Assembly: GCA_040954595.2 (NCBI GenBank)
Contig: CM082585.2
Location: 7,465,808 to 7,529,807, forward strand
Length of the DNA stretch: 64,000 nucleotides
Source of the DNA: Balanoglossus misakiensis
Taxonomy: Eukaryota; Animalia; Hemichordata
Reading direction: 5' to 3'
This document shows, piece after piece, positions 25,260 through 35,500 of the stretch. Every line of letters starts with the position of its first letter. Position 1 is the first letter of the stretch. Below the pieces are notes generated by a model, which was not told the origin of the DNA, did not search any database, and saw nothing but the letters and a program-made list of their open reading frames with translations. Position numbers and translations under genes: made by a program.

Positions 25260-27190
25260 TGCGTTTTACTTCAAATTTTCAGAAAGAAGAGAAGAACCAA
25301 GACAAAGAGAAAGAAGCTGAAAAAGACGGCCAGGCGGAGGAAGAAGAAGTACAGCTGGTGGTGTGTCCATGCTTGCCACCTCTCAACATGACCTTCCCTG
25401 ACATCGAAGAAGCTCGCCAGAACGGATGCTGCTGCGGCTGGATCAAGTACATCTTCAAGTGGATGTTGTTCATCATCAGCTTTCCTTTCATGTGCATGTT
25501 CACCTGGACAATTCCAAACTGTGGAAAGCCCCATCTGAGGTAAGGGTCGCCCAGCGCGGACTTGCGTTCCCATGCTTTGCTCAAGTTTACAACATCATGT
25601 AAACTAAAAATTATTACTGATGATTTACAGAACGGTACATGTATATCTTTTTTTGTCATTCCTAATGAAACAGACAAAACCCAGTTATTTAGCAAAAATT
25701 TCAAGAAATACTGAACAGCTAACTGATGTGATATTTGCAAAGTTTTCACCAATATTGATTAAAAATTAATTTTTCTCGACTCTTCAGGAAGTGGTTCATG
25801 TTCTCCTTCTTCATGTCTGTCATTTGGATCGCGTTGATCAGCTTCGCCATGGTAACCATCGTCCAACGCACTGGATGCATTTTGGACATAAATGACTTTG
25901 TGATGGGTGTCCTGATAGTGGCTGTAGGCACCAGTGTTCCTGTGAGTGTGTTAGTTTTCTCTATAACGTTACATACTCCCATTTATGGCTTAAAGGGACA
26001 AAGTCCCTCTCTCGCTGCCCTTTTTCCATTAATTATGTTTGATACACGACGCCGTTTATGTTGTTCTACATGTGGATATATGGTGAATCAACATTCGACT
26101 ACACACAACTTCCATCTCGTTTGTAGGATGTGAGAGTAAAAACTCGCCCAAAATGAATAAATGGTAAAGAACGATTATTCATTTTGGCGAGTTTTTCACT
26201 CTCCTGTCTATAAGAGGGATGGAAGTTGTGTGTGGTTGAATGTTCATTCACCATATATCGACATGAAGAATAACAAACGGTGTCTTGTATCAAATATAAT
26301 TAATGGAAAAAGGGCAGAGAGAGAGAAACTTTGTCCCTTTAAAGGGTGTATTTGAGAGTTCTATAGAACATATGCTGGCGCTCTTTTTTTGCGTGTGCCA
26401 CCCACTGAAAATATGATGAGTCAGTCAGTCTTACCTAAATTATGAATGACTTTACATAAATTAATATGCACTCTTCTTGATCTTTTCAAGGATGCGATGA
26501 GTTCAATCCTCGTGGCCCGTGATGGTTTTGGAGATATGGCTGTATCTAATGCCATTGGCTCGAATGTCTTTGACATCAATCTTGGTCTTGGCCTGCCGTT
26601 TGTGATCCGTATTGCCATCGACCACGGCGAGTCCATCAATCTCTTCAAAGGCAATCATGTGGTGAGTGGAAGTATCTCATTTTGTGTCCGTCTGGTAATT
26701 TCATTTGATGCGTCCGTCTGGTGATTTCATTTGATGCATGCATGGAAGTAGCATTTCTCATTTGCATTAAAGATATACCGTATACCGTCAACACTTGTTG
26801 AAATTTTCGCTGTATCGAGAGAGGCCACTGTTTCGCGAGTATTAATTAATTTTCGCGTTCTCTTATTTCATTCACTGCATCTTTATCTTCATTATTTATG
26901 TTCTTTTCAACATTTCAGAAATCAAACCTGCTGATTTTTTTTAATCGTTCTTTCCCCGTTTGGTTTCTCGACAGCTGGAGAACGCATTCCTGACTGGAGA
27001 GATGGTCATGACCCCTCATGTCAAATTTGGATTCATATTGCTGCTGATTCTGATTCTGACCATGGTCGTGTTCGCCTGCGCCAGGTTTCGACTGAGCAAG
27101 TGGATTGGCGTGAGCTTTGTCACAATGTACATCTTATTCATCATCTACGCGTGCATTCAGGAATTCCTTTGTGAAGGATACAAGTGCTAG
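17036..27190 (+). CDS. SLC24A: K+-dependent Na+/Ca2+ exchanger (NCKX, SLC24 family), 12 coding exons, ~691 aa: join(17036..17213,21447..21644,21819..22060,22447..22643,22818..22980,23234..23329,24403..24504,24835..24936,25283..25539,25788..25941,26491..26661,26975..27190)
   Basis: Alpha-1 repeat [14 protein letters not shown] and [11 protein letters not shown]; alpha-2 repeat AVGTSVP|D and [11 protein letters not shown], which retains the NCKX-type Asp. All introns are GT-AG with matching phases; CDS totals 2076 bp. The paralog number cannot be assigned. Confidence 0.93.
17249..17317. repeat. 32-bp tandem duplication in NCKX intron 1
   Basis: TCCGACCATC...GAAGGCCGATTATT at 17249 and 17281. 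Confidence 0.9.
21447..21644 (+). CDS. SLC24A: NCKX exon 2 (extracellular N-region SSRQLL, TM1)
   Basis: Acceptor tcgtag, donor G|GTAAGT, phase 1-1; [15 protein letters not shown] is a TM segment. Confidence 0.88.
21819..22060 (+). CDS. SLC24A: NCKX exon 3 (alpha-1 repeat)
   Basis: [14 protein letters not shown]...[16 protein letters not shown]...[12 protein letters not shown]; donor AAG|GTAAGT. Confidence 0.97.
22447..22643 (+). CDS. SLC24A: NCKX exon 4 (TM4-5)
   Basis: [13 protein letters not shown]...[21 protein letters not shown]; phase-2 donor TG|GTAAGT. Confidence 0.95.
22818..22980 (+). CDS. SLC24A: NCKX exon 5 (cytosolic loop)
   Basis: Acceptor tttccag in phase 2, donor AAG|GTATGA; open frame. 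Confidence 0.85.
23234..23329 (+). CDS. SLC24A: NCKX exon 6 (loop; RKLS, His-rich)
   Basis: Strong acceptor ttttgacag, donor GTAAGT, 96 bp, phase 0-0; [32 protein letters not shown]. Confidence 0.82.
24403..24504 (+). CDS. SLC24A: NCKX exon 7 (loop)
   Basis: Acceptor caccag, donor GAT|GTAAGT, 102 bp, phase 0-0, open. Confidence 0.7.
24835..24936 (+). CDS. SLC24A: NCKX exon 8 (loop; KRPS)
   Basis: Donor GAT|GTAAGT. Acceptor is AAG at 24834 or an in-frame alternative CAG at 24753. Confidence 0.65.
25052..25259. repeat. Compound (GAT)n/(GTG)n microsatellite
   Basis: Directly visible; blocks of (GAT)n-ATTGTG-(GTG)n-GTTAA recur. Confidence 0.98.
25283..25539 (+). CDS. SLC24A: NCKX exon 9 (acidic loop end, hydrophobic segment, TIPNC)
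   Basis: KEEKNQD...EEEE...[21 protein letters not shown]; phase-2 donor AG|GTAAGG. Confidence 0.93.
25788..25941 (+). CDS. SLC24A: NCKX exon 10 (TMs, first half of alpha-2)
   Basis: [15 protein letters not shown]...[14 protein letters not shown]; donor GTGAGT. Confidence 0.95.
25990..26342. mobile_element. Foldback MITE flanked by TTAA, AG...CT termini (Kolobok-like), in NCKX intron 10
   Basis: TTAA-AGGGACAAAGT...ACTTTGTCCCT-TTAA; ~170-bp imperfect arms around a ~14-bp spacer near 26161-26174. Confidence 0.85.
26491..26661 (+). CDS. SLC24A: NCKX exon 11 (second half of alpha-2)
   Basis: [36 protein letters not shown]. Confidence 0.96.
26686..26737. repeat. 26-bp tandem duplication in NCKX intron 11
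   Basis: GTCCGTCTGGT[A/G]ATTTCATTTGATGC twice. Confidence 0.85.
26975..27190 (+). CDS. SLC24A: NCKX exon 12 (last TMs, stop)
   Basis: Acceptor ctcgacag; [16 protein letters not shown]...[19 protein letters not shown]; TAG ends at 27190. Confidence 0.93.
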   Translation: MENAFLTGEMVMTPHVKFGFILLLILILTMVVFACARFRLSKWIGVSFVTMYILFIIYACIQEFLCEGYKC

Positions 27191-28731
27191 TCATTTGTTG
27201 ACGTTGCTATGGATACTGTATTGATATGGATACAAGCCAAATAAAGAAAAGTTCAGCTGATCCCGTTGGCTGTCGTTTGTGTTGATTTTGCGTCTTTGCC
27301 TGCATTCAGGTTTCCTGAGAATCTGACTAGGCTCATACGAACGTCGATTTGCCATTAGAGCCACCAACGGTATGGGATCTTGGATTTGTATTGTAGCCCA
27401 ACGCAACGGGATCTTTCAATGTGCAAAACTTTTCTGAGATGTTGATGTGACATACGTCGTATGCAGCACAACCAACCGAGAAAAAATTGCACCAATATAC
27501 TGTCATTAATTTGATGACATCATTGATTATGTTAATTAATGTGACTTGGTCACCGTGATTACCAAGATGGCGGCCTCCAGAAGACCTATAGGAGGAGTGC
27601 AAGGATGTCAACCCAAATGATTTGCGGCGTTTGACGAAAACTAGAGAAATTATCACAAAGAATTTGCATTCTCCAAGCTTTAAAACTGACGTAGTTTTTT
27701 ACAAATTCATGTATTTACCAGAAGTTGCCGGCCCTGGCTGCTTGAATGATTCTCTTATTAATAATGTGCAAATATCCTACTAGAACTCTGTAGGAACTTA
27801 TACGAGTGGAATAATAGGTGGAAACATTTGCAATTTTTTTTTTAAATCTTTGGTACTTGTCTGATAAAGAAGAAAAGTGTTCTCGTTGAAGCAAAGTTGG
27901 TTGGATGGGATGCTGTGACAATTCTTCAAGAGAACATGAAGATTCTGACTTCCGAATGAGTACAGCTTACGAAATAGGCACTCAGCACAGCGTAGAAGGT
28001 GATTGTTGAAGACTACACCAGCTTGGAAATATTTACTAAACAGTACTGTCACTATGGGAACAAGTGGTACAGTACAGAACTTAATATCAAGATCATTCTT
28101 AATTGTATATTCTCACTGTAAATGTACTGCCTGTAAAAAATCGTTATAGAGACCTATTTTTGTACATGTTCGTTCCTATAACAATACAGCCTTCTGTCGA
28201 CCCAGTGAATTATTTTTGAACTATGTCAGAGGTGAAGGACTGTGTTTCTGATGTTGTTGTATCCAACTGGTCTGTATTTGTTCGTATTCTGGTGACTTTT
28301 GGTGTAAATGGCCGTCAAAAACACAAGAATCTACAATTCAACTAGAAATGGCATTGTTCATTCATTTTAGTCTCATTCACCTCTTCCAGGTTGCAAGTCA
28401 GACAACAGTCTAATTACGTCACTTTTAAAGAACACTTCTTCTCGAAAGCAAATAACTTCAACAGCACAAAGACTACGCACATGTTTTTCAAGCTGTACGC
28501 TTATGTGCTACTTCTCCAGCTGTGGGAACTTCTGCTTTTAAAGAAACACAAACACCTCTCTTATTTACATATGCCCATATATGGTTAAATGATGTGTCTG
28601 TAGGTCCTCCAAATTATCATCGGTTGGCACATTTTTGTCACATGGCCAACCAAGTGAAAATCTGTGATTGGTTGACTTTCCATTATCCATGGTACCTGTA
28701 GAGTTAAATTTGCATGGATGACAGTGGCCCT

Positions 28732-28824
28732 TTAACCCTTTCATCACCATTGTCTAGTCCAAAACCATTGTTTTCTATGGCAAAATGGAACCTTTACACG
28801 AAGAAATGGGGGTGAAAGGGTTAA
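28732..28824. mobile_element. ~90-bp piggyBac-like MITE, copy 1
   Basis: TTAA-CCCTTTCA...TGAAAGGG-TTAA. Confidence 0.8.
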
Positions 28825-29572
28825 AGAGACCTATACTTGCATCGACTGAAATTTAATTCAGAGACCTCACTCTGGGATTGTTGCACGCCTCTCTTTAACA
28901 TTTAAGGAACACATGACCTTTGAACTGAAGGGCTTTCTGTTCTGTACATTGAATGTAAATATTTTAGCCCAGATCTGTCTGTTTATGTAAAAGAAAGACT
29001 CAATGACTGGTTTCATGCAGTCAAACTGTTAATGTAAAACACAGGTACACAAATTGTAGCTCTAAGACTTAAGACTAGATCGCAATCACATCTGACCAGG
29101 GTGTTATGGCAACACCAGTCCGATATAGGCCTCAATTTGAAGTGAAACTAATCAAATATTGTAACATTTCAGAGACAAAACTACAAGCAATATAGATTTT
29201 CAGTTGTTGACATGTTCTGATACTAACACTGGCAAAATCATCTGGATGATAGTATCCAGATGATTCACACTTGAAATTATTTTTCATTAAAAATGTGCAT
29301 TCATAGTCTTTACATAGAACAGGGTATTCCAGTGGACTTAAGTTTATGAATTTACCTATATCTCATATTTTACATTTAACATCCACTCACTACAAAAATG
29401 AAAGTCTTACGTGTTTTCCATGTTCTTTGGTCTGAAAAACTCTTTGCTTTTCCAAAAAAAAACCAATATCTGTTATCAGGTACCAAATTGGTAATTTTTG
29501 GTCGAGAGAGCTGGGTTTTCTGAAAATGAACATGACAGTATTCGGAAAGCAAGATGGCTACCAAGCAGTGTG

Positions 29573-29665
29573 TTAACCCTTTCATCCCCTTTTCCCTATA
29601 AAGAGGTCCAACTTTACAATAGAAAACAATGGAATTGGACCAAACCATGGTGGTGCAAGGGTTAA
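29573..29665. mobile_element. ~90-bp piggyBac-like MITE, copy 2 (inverted relative to copy 1)
   Basis: TTAA-CCCTTTCA...TGCAAGGG-TTAA; internal ATAGAAAACAATGG matches the reverse complement of copy 1. Confidence 0.8.
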
Positions 29666-30277
29666 TTAATCTTGTGGGAATTAAGTTCACTAACTATTTG
29701 GAACAAGTTGATTACTACTGCTGTAGTGTTCAAAATGACTGTGCTCTACAATAAAGGCCGAAACAATATGGATTTCGATAAAATTCTGACGTCTTATCAG
29801 TAAAGTGATCTCCCTTTTCTGACAAAAACATGGAAATTACATCATATTCAAGTCAGACTACAGCATCTTTCGTGTATATACTAAAAGTCAGCCTCTTTGG
29901 CTGTCTGAAAATTTCAACAAATGTGATAAAGATTTTTGTACAAAAAACTGTAAAAATGTAAAGTATGACATTTACAATTTTTTGACAAATGTGTCACCTA
30001 CGAGCGCCCTCTTTGGCCAATAGTTGTAAACCTTATTTTCTTTACCATGACAACATAAGGCTGTTGTGTTGAGATGTATATAGAATGCAAAACATTTTCT
30101 AAGTAATGCTTGGAAAGTGAGATATTTCTCTAAATAATTTTAATCTTTGTATTTCAGCAACTGAGTTTTAATCTCTTGTTGGAAGATTTCTTTGTTGATA
30201 TTGTACTTCTGTTTTATGATTTGTTTTTTGGAAGTTGTATGCTGATGTGAAAATTTGTTTATTTGTGTAAATAAGTA

Positions 30278-30283
30278 AATAAA
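30278..30283 (+). promoter_or_regulatory. Candidate distal poly(A) signal of NCKX (a proximal AATAAA also lies at 27240)
   Basis: AATAAA at the end of a T-rich, 3'UTR-like stretch. Confidence 0.35.
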
Positions 30284-31068
30284 TTATAGATTTTTGTATT
30301 TAAAGTAAATGTCGTGGGTCAGAATTATTAGTTATTTATTATTCATGTGTGTATGTGTTTTATACACCAGTACATGTAGTATTGAAGTTTGGCATGACAT
30401 TTGTATAATTTCATTTAATGACTTTTTCTTTGACTTCGAGACGAGAGTCAGTCCATGTTCAGTGCCCGAGGTGTGAATTTCTCTATATAAATGATGCATT
30501 CTCGAGATTTTCGTTAATCCAAGTGGTAAACTGACTTGTCCGGCAAATCTTGGATTTTGCACATGGTCCAGGGCCTAGGGGGTCAGTATATGAACTCAAG
30601 GTGTGAACGAGCTGGGGACAATATAATTTACATAACAATACATAACTGTCCACAAAGTTACTATCTTGCGTAATCTTCGTAGCATGCGTAGAGGCTGAGC
30701 GTTATATGCATGAGGCGAGGCGTGGCGAGGGAGCGAAACGAAGATGGAATTGTGATTTATTCTGTGATTTCCTTTACGATATTGAGGTTTGTTTAGACTG
30801 GACATAATTCTGAAAAGTTTTGAATCAAAACACAGTTTACGTAGTACCTCTATTGGTTGAAATTCATGGTATACGAAAGGAAATGTGACTCCGCTATAGC
30901 TCAGTGTCATTCGACCGATGCGACAATATCATCAGTACTTTTCCTTTTCGCACCCGTTATTTCAGAAGACAAACTGTTGGTAAGTGTGTTTTATTTATTA
31001 TAATCTACTGTGAGCCTTATTTTTCATTACCGGCAACATACATGGCCTGGTGCAATGCTAGTTCTGCT

Positions 31069-31102
31069 TAGTCTCGGTTAGGGCTCTGGGTAACCGAGAC
31101 TA
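31069..31102. mobile_element. 34-bp hairpin element with TAG...CTA termini and 9-bp TSD (AcademH-like, non-autonomous)
   Basis: TIRs TAGTCTCGGTTA / TAACCGAGACTA flanked by the exact direct repeat AGTTCTGCT (31060-31068, 31103-31111). Confidence 0.75.
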
Positions 31103-31223
31103 AGTTCTGCTGAGCGCTACAGTCACAGGTGTAACCGACATGTACGGGCTATGTGCACTGCGTTGCAACTTGTGCATGCATCGGATGTACATGATCTATC
31201 GTTCAAGTTTTAAGTTAAAGACA

Positions 31224-31229
31224 TTTATT
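31224..31229 (-). promoter_or_regulatory. Candidate poly(A) signal of the FReD gene
   Basis: AATAAA on the minus strand at the end of a U-rich 3'UTR-like region. Confidence 0.4.
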
Positions 31230-31518
31230 TTGGCAACAAAATCGTAAATACAACTTATCACTATTGAAAAAAGAACAAGAAAATCATACAAAACAATGCA
31301 TAAGAGTTATTATGAAGAATAAACTGAATTAAAATTAAACTCCAATTGTCAAACAAGTTCTTAATTCACATAATATTTACCTTTTTCATTGATAAGGACA
31401 TAATTTCTGCTGTTACCATAGTAACATGTTTTAAAAAATCGATATTTACTGTCTATCATTCCTAAAGCACAATATGGCAGTGATTCAAGTATCCAGCACC
31501 AAAGAGCATATGCCATTC

Positions 31519-31763
<245 letters not shown>

Positions 31764-32360
31764 CTACTTATTCTGTTTAGCCCTCTGTACTTGGCTATAT
31801 GCGTAAGTTTCCATTTTACGTATATTGCAAAATTTACAGCTGAAAAGCTTAAAAATGGTACACACAGACATCTTCATTCTAGTTTCGCCGGCAGACAACC
31901 TCAATAATATACTTTTACTTTTAGAAAGTCATGAAGTTGATGCATTCAAAATGACCAAATGGAAATTAAAATCATTGAAACAAATAATTTCAAATCAGCA
32001 AATAATTACAAATTATACACTGAACTGCTGATTTACAAAACAGTCTTGCAAATCAGTTAATCTACTTTAAGCAGATGGCAATGCCCTTAAAATATAATTG
32101 AAATAAGACACAAGATTTTTAGCCAAAAATGTGAAGATTGTCTTGGCCGAAAAGATCACCACTTGGGGGCGCTGTCCAAAGTACTGTTTCTTGAGTTAAC
32201 TATTATTGAAAACAAAAGTATTGACAACACAATGATATTTCATTTTTGATGACCAGAAAAATACCTCTTCCCCTCATCTGACTACGAGCAAATGAACCCC
32301 CGGCTTAGGAGATGCACTGAACTGTCAGTCAAATTTGATGACTGAAACATCACTTTCTCG

Positions 32361-32579
32361 TCAATTTTTTGGTTTTATCATCATTTTAAACGATTGTAGA
32401 CAATAAACGTAGGACCTGTGCCAGGTCCCCCATGTGATGACAGCACCATTGCGAAACATGGCTTCTGAACTCCTCAACAGGGGGCCATTAGGATTGGCCG
32501 TGTTACAGCTGTTGAACCAAAATCCAGATTTTCTCAAGGCGGCGCAGTTTATATTTTTGACTGGGTCATTGTCGTTGTC
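32361..32579 (-). CDS. Exon 6: end of fibrinogen domain, stop
   Basis: DNDNDPVKNINCAALRKSGFWFNSCNTANPNG...ITWGTW...SFKMMIKPKN*. Confidence 0.95.
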   Translation of the reverse strand, partial: DNDNDPVKNINCAALRKSGFWFNSCNTANPNGPLLRSSEAMFRNGAVITWGTWHRSYVYCLQSFKMMIKPKN

Positions 32580-35500
32580 CTGAAAGAGATGAAAGAAAAA
32601 AAATTCTACTTTAATATTTAGTAGTGTGACATTTTTTTCCTTCTGGTTGCCAGAGTGAAGTTCTTTTAGGCTTAAAATTGAAAATAAAGTTTAAAGATAC
32701 ATTAGCTGAAAATATTGCCTATTTATCGACATGATCTTTAGATAATCATTGCCTGGAAATGTTTCATAGTAATTATGTGTCTGTGTTTATACAGCAGTGC
32801 AACAACCCCATCCTTAATGGATCAGAGAGATTGCCATGCAGCTGGCCAGTTAACAGTTCAGATGTCACATAGATCAACACAAGACTTGCACTGCAAAATA
32901 TGCATCCAACAGGTAAGATCTTCTCTATTCCTTCTTAGAGACTTACCATGGTGGAAAATTGCATTCCATTGTGATAGGATAGAGCATCTCCATGGGTACC
33001 AGCGACGTACTTGCCCAGTTTCAGACGAAATTTGTCTGTTTCATTTCCGACATAAAAGTTGGAGTATACGGCAACGCCTGTGTCTCTTTCCCAGTCAGAC
33101 ATTTCTAGGAAAAAGAAAGATGCTTGTGACGAAAAACACAGGCCAATCGCCACTGGGACAAAATACATGTACAGTACACAACTATGGGTCACAAGACATT
33201 CATTTTCATGGACCTTGGAAAAATAAAAAAATACAACTTACCAATGCGAAGTTCATAGTCCCCTATGGACGTTATGTCGTGCAAAAGTCGGTTGCCTATC
33301 CAAAAGTCCCCATTGAGATCACCAAAGCCAGCTGCGTATTCTTCCCATGATCGTTCGAAGTTCACGTTTATACCAGTCTGAAATCAGTGCAGCACATTCG
33401 CAAATTAGTGATAGCATAAGACCACTGTACATATACGACATTTATCATTTTAGTAAAATTCGTTTCATTTCTTGTAGTATTGAAATGACTTCAGATAAGC
33501 CACATTTGGACAGAATGTTCATATTGTCATGTAAATTTTGTGTGGTGGATAAATGATGATGATTTAATAATGATAATAATAATTGTCCTTCTTGTACTTC
33601 CTGCAGTATTGGACAAGAGGAACTCCATATACATTTACGCAGTCAATCAAGAAGAATATTGTGAGTATTTTAAAATGTTGAAAGAATTATAGTTAAGGAA
33701 ATGGGTGATAATAACTTACTCCACGTCTCTGTATGACTGTCCATATTCCACCACCTGTCCCCATGTCACAATACACACTTCTATATCCTGGTTTACCTCT
33801 GATGCCAGAAATTGCAAAGGGGCCTGTTCGCCTGTATCCATACAAGTACATATTGGTGCAGGGATCTACAAATCGTTCTCTGGTGACAAGATCACGAGCG
33901 ATTGTCGCTTGTTTTGGGGTCGTGAAGTATGACGGCTGTGTCGGTGCTGGTGTCTGCGAGACTTCTATTACCATGGGAACATCGCCTCCATCTAAGGTAG
34001 ACGTTTGGATAACTCCTTGATTGGTGGTGATGAAAAATTTTGGAGTTGAAGCTGCCATGTATTGTTTCCTTTCTTGTTCAGACACATGCGAAACCTTTTG
34101 ACTTGAAACTGTCAGTGGTCGAATGGGCGATGGTTCCCAGGTGGTGCCAACATCCTTGATTTGCTCAGATGGTGAAACTTTCCTATCAAGATCATCCATC
34201 TCATGATACCTGGTTGCAGACTGCCCAATTCCCGGCCGCTCTGTTTTGTGATATCCATATTCAGTGTTTTCAGAAATACTTTGCCTGTCTTGAGTTTTGT
34301 AGTCTGGGGATACAATCGGCATCGATTCATTGTGTTCTTGTGTGAGAGGTTCAGTAACTGGATCAATGTAATCTGGAAATTTAGTTCCAGGTTTTGCTGA
34401 AGGCATGTCTTTCCGAGAAGAGGGTTTGCTTGCTTGACTACTTGTCTTTTTGTCCTCAATTTTCTTTGTGAAAAAGATCTCAGTATTGGTGATGGCATCA
34501 TCCTGTCCAGCAAGAATGGCAGTTTCCTCCTTCCTTGAAGATATCACTGACTCACTGGCTGCAGTATCTCCTATCTTCCTACTTTCAGTAGTTGATATTG
34601 GAGGTGGGCTTGGTGCTCCAACATCGACAGGAACAGTTGCTTTCGGATGAAGTATTTCAGATGCACTATCTTTAGTAATATCACTGTTAGTAGAAGATGC
34701 ATCGTATTTTTCTATGATATTCTTGTCTTCAACAAGAAAATGGTCAGTCTTATCTCTGTCTTTGAAATTGATAGATGTTGCATCAGTATGAATTACTGAA
34801 CTAGGTGCAGATGTAGAGAGATGGAATTGTTCTTCGCTATCGACAGAACTTATTGTCTTTTGATTAACAGTGCCAGTTTGACTTTCCTCGGCCCTGTGTA
34901 CGTCTGTAGTTGTATCTTTCATGTTTGTAGATCTTGGCAGCAAACTCACAGTCCCCTGAATTGATGTAGTTGTCGTTCCCATCTCACTCATTTCTAGATC
35001 TTGTTTTGGAGGCGGGCTTGGTGGTCCAACATTGGCAGGAATTGTCACCTTCTGATGAATAATCCCAGCTGTACTATCACTTTGTCCTCGCCTACTTGTA
35101 TCATGTGTTATTTTGGATGTTCGTGGTGGAGTCTTGCCTTCAGAGCCCAAGTGTTCAGCTTTGCTCTTGTCTATAATTTCAGTTGAGAGAGTTGCGTCCA
35201 CTCGACCCCTTGAACTGGATGCAGAAGTGGAATGCAAGTCAACTTCAAAAGAAGGTGCCGTCTTCTTATTAACCACCCTGCCTGTACTTTCTACAGTTGT
35301 GTGCATCTTAGATTCTGTATCCTTTGAATACTGATGACTTGTCTGTGTCACAGTCAGCGCTCTTGCACCGGAAGTCTCGCTTGAACCAGACTCTCTTGGT
35401 ACGCCAGTAGTTTCAGCTTGCTGACTTGTTTTTAAATTACTTTTTCCAATTTCTGAACCAGAAGATGGGCTCAGTTGCCAAATATTTACTGAACTTGTTG

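Noticed and set aside
25062-25391. Poly-Met/Val ORF
   Set aside because: Translation of the (GAT)n microsatellite; out of frame with NCKX exon 9.
32775-33350. 191-aa plus-strand ORF
   Set aside because: Antisense to FReD exons 4-5.
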